DNA of 64,000 nt from a bacterium (GTDB lineage Bacteria; Electryoneota; Electryoneia; Electryoneales; Electryoneaceae). Shown piece by piece: positions 62,579 through 64,000 of this stretch. The translations under genes were made by a program, and so were the position numbers. How positions within the stretch are numbered: the first letter of the stretch is position 1; every line of letters starts with the position of its first letter. The stretch is taken from NCBI GenBank assembly GCA_963675295.2, contig CAXXKJ010000002.1, positions 736,001 to 800,000 on the forward strand, written 5' to 3'. The notes below the pieces were generated by a model. It saw only the letters and a program-made list of their open reading frames with translations, did no database searches and had not been told where the DNA came from.

Positions 62579-64000
62579 CTACTTCACCAGCGTGATGCGT
62601 TGGATTTCGGGGGCGTGACCGGACGCGTTCAGCCGCACGAAATACGCTCCGGACGCCAGCGCGGTGCCATCCAGCGCGAACTGGTGCGTGCCGGCGGACA
62701 GGGTGGCGTTCCGTGCGAGGGTGACAACCTCGCGTCCGAGCATGTCATACACGGAAACGTTCACCAGTGCGCTCTGCGGCAGGGTCATAGTCACCGTCGC
62801 CTGCGCGTTGAACGGGTTCGGATACACCGGCAGCAGGGCGAAGTCGGATGGCGCAGCGGTCACTGTACTGTTCTCGCTAGCCACGGTCGACGCGTTCTCG
62901 TTGGCGATCTGCTTGTAGAACGGAACCTGGTGTCCGCCAAGCGGCATGTCCGGTGAATCGCCAAGCACGAACCGCAGCCGGTAAACGCCGCCCGGTATGG
63001 CAGCATCAATGGCGACCTCGTGATTTTCCAGCAGCAGGGTGCCGTCCGCGTCGAGTGTCAGCGGTTGCGAGGCGATGGTGGTGATCTCGTTCTCGAGGGA
63101 AACCAGCTGCGTCCACAGGGTTGAATTCACCGCGCCGTCGTTGTGGTTGGCAAAGTAGAGCGTGCAATGCAGTACGCCGCCGTCCTGGTCGATGTACTGG
63201 TCCTCGCAGACCATGTGCGTCGTCACCGGCGAGCTGACGTGGGTCAGGAACATGTTGTTCGACTCGATGCTGCCAGTGAGGGCGAGGGTGCCGTCCCAGG
63301 AGCGGGCCAGGTCGGTGTATTCGCCGAGTGAATCGGTCAGCGACCAGCTCATGGCGAGGTCGTTGTCCAGGTCGGCGCCGATCAGGAGCTGTTGCGAGCT
63401 GGAGCTGCCGGCGAGCAACAGGTCGCCGTCCCCACGCAGGCCGATGGTCTTGACCACGGATGTCCCCGGGGTCTGATAAACCATGTCCCGTTGCCACAGC
63501 CCGTTGTCGTTGTATTCGGCCAGGTACGCACGGTGATACCCGCCGGAGAAGGTCTTGCCGGCGATGAACAGTTGTCCGTCCGGATGGGCGAACGCCGCTT
63601 CCGGGTAGAACGTGCTGAGCGTGGTTTCCCAGATGATATCACGATCTGTGTCCAGCAGCATGCCGAAACGGTAGAAATCCTCCTGCGGGTAGCCGATCAG
63701 GAACAGCCGTCCGTCCGGGAGCTGCGTCATGTCGTACACATAGTCGAATTCCGGGTAATGCCTTTCCTCGACGAGAGTTCCGTCCGGCGCGTATTCGAGC
63801 AGGTAGAAGCCGGTGTTGAAGCTGCCGGTGTAGGCCTGGACCAGCAACAGGACATTCCCGTTTGGCAATGCGGTGATGTGTGTCGCGCGGGCGTCCGTGC
63901 CGAACTGCCAATCCCAGATCTGTCCCCAGAGGTAATCGCCGGTGAGGGTCAGCCGCATCAGGAACGCGGACCCGTCATCATCCTGCGAAAAGGTTTCGGT
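62579..64000 (-). CDS. Secreted propeller-repeat protein + Ig-like domain + T9SS-like CTD; 5' end beyond the window
   Basis: Frame is open to the window edge; LPNG, PDG and DG repeats; YPNPFNAQA..LASGAYFV tail. Confidence 0.85.
   Translation of the reverse strand, partial: TETFSQDDDGSAFLMRLTLTGDYLWGQIWDWQFGTDARATHITALPNGNVLLLVQAYTGSFNTGFYLLEYAPDGTLVEERHYPEFDYVYDMTQLPDGRLFLIGYPQEDFYRFGMLLDTDRDIIWETTLSTFYPEAAFAHPDGQLFIAGKTFSGGYHRAYLAEYNDNGLWQRDMVYQTPGTSVVKTIGLRGDGDLLLAGSSSSQQLLIGADLDNDLAMSWSLTDSLGEYTDLARSWDGTLALTGSIESNNMFLTHVSSPVTTHMVCEDQYIDQDGGVLHCTLYFANHNDGAVNSTLWTQLVSLENEITTIASQPLTLDADGTLLLENHEVAIDAAIPGGVYRLRFVLGDSPDMPLGGHQVPFYKQIANENASTVASENSTVTAAPSDFALLPVYPNPFNAQATVTMTLPQSALVNVSVYDMLGREVVTLARNATLSAGTHQFALDGTALASGAYFVRLNASGHAPEIQRITLVK

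Overview
This is a bacterial chromosomal window, about 60% GC by eye, with AT-rich patches at about 54.7-55.6 kb and 58.6-61.25 kb. It is inferred to come from an FCB-superphylum lineage, probably Calditrichota- or Electryoneota-like, because about 10 genes end in a T9SS/Por-type C-terminal sorting domain (PNPFN or PNPY ... SGxY) and a PorV/PorQ-family gene is present. Housekeeping genes are nnr (partial), ruvC-ruvA, icd, apaG, putP, mscS, purH and a PLP aminotransferase. Accessory loci are: (1) an 18-kb seven-gene cell-surface operon, with a TonB-dependent receptor carrying a large Ca-binding-type repeat insertion, a beta-helix lipoprotein, a secreted cargo protein, a PorV-like barrel, an 1810-aa modular protein and two more lipoproteins; (2) a cobalamin-riboswitch operon whose BtuG-like and BtuH-like proteins carry T9SS tails instead of lipoboxes; (3) an ArsR/ArsP/thioredoxin/CcdA redox cluster; (4) a family of secreted propeller-Ig-CTD proteins showing tandem duplication, GC mosaicism, a palindromic element inside or at the end of coding sequence, and in-frame nonsense codons. 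Three unassigned structured RNA candidates were found: the icd leader, a unit at about 39.3-39.7 kb, and a promoter- and terminator-bounded RNA of about 180 nt at 47.4-47.6 kb. No rRNA, tRNA, CRISPR array, integrase or transposase was recognised. All family assignments come from motif recognition by eye, without database searches.
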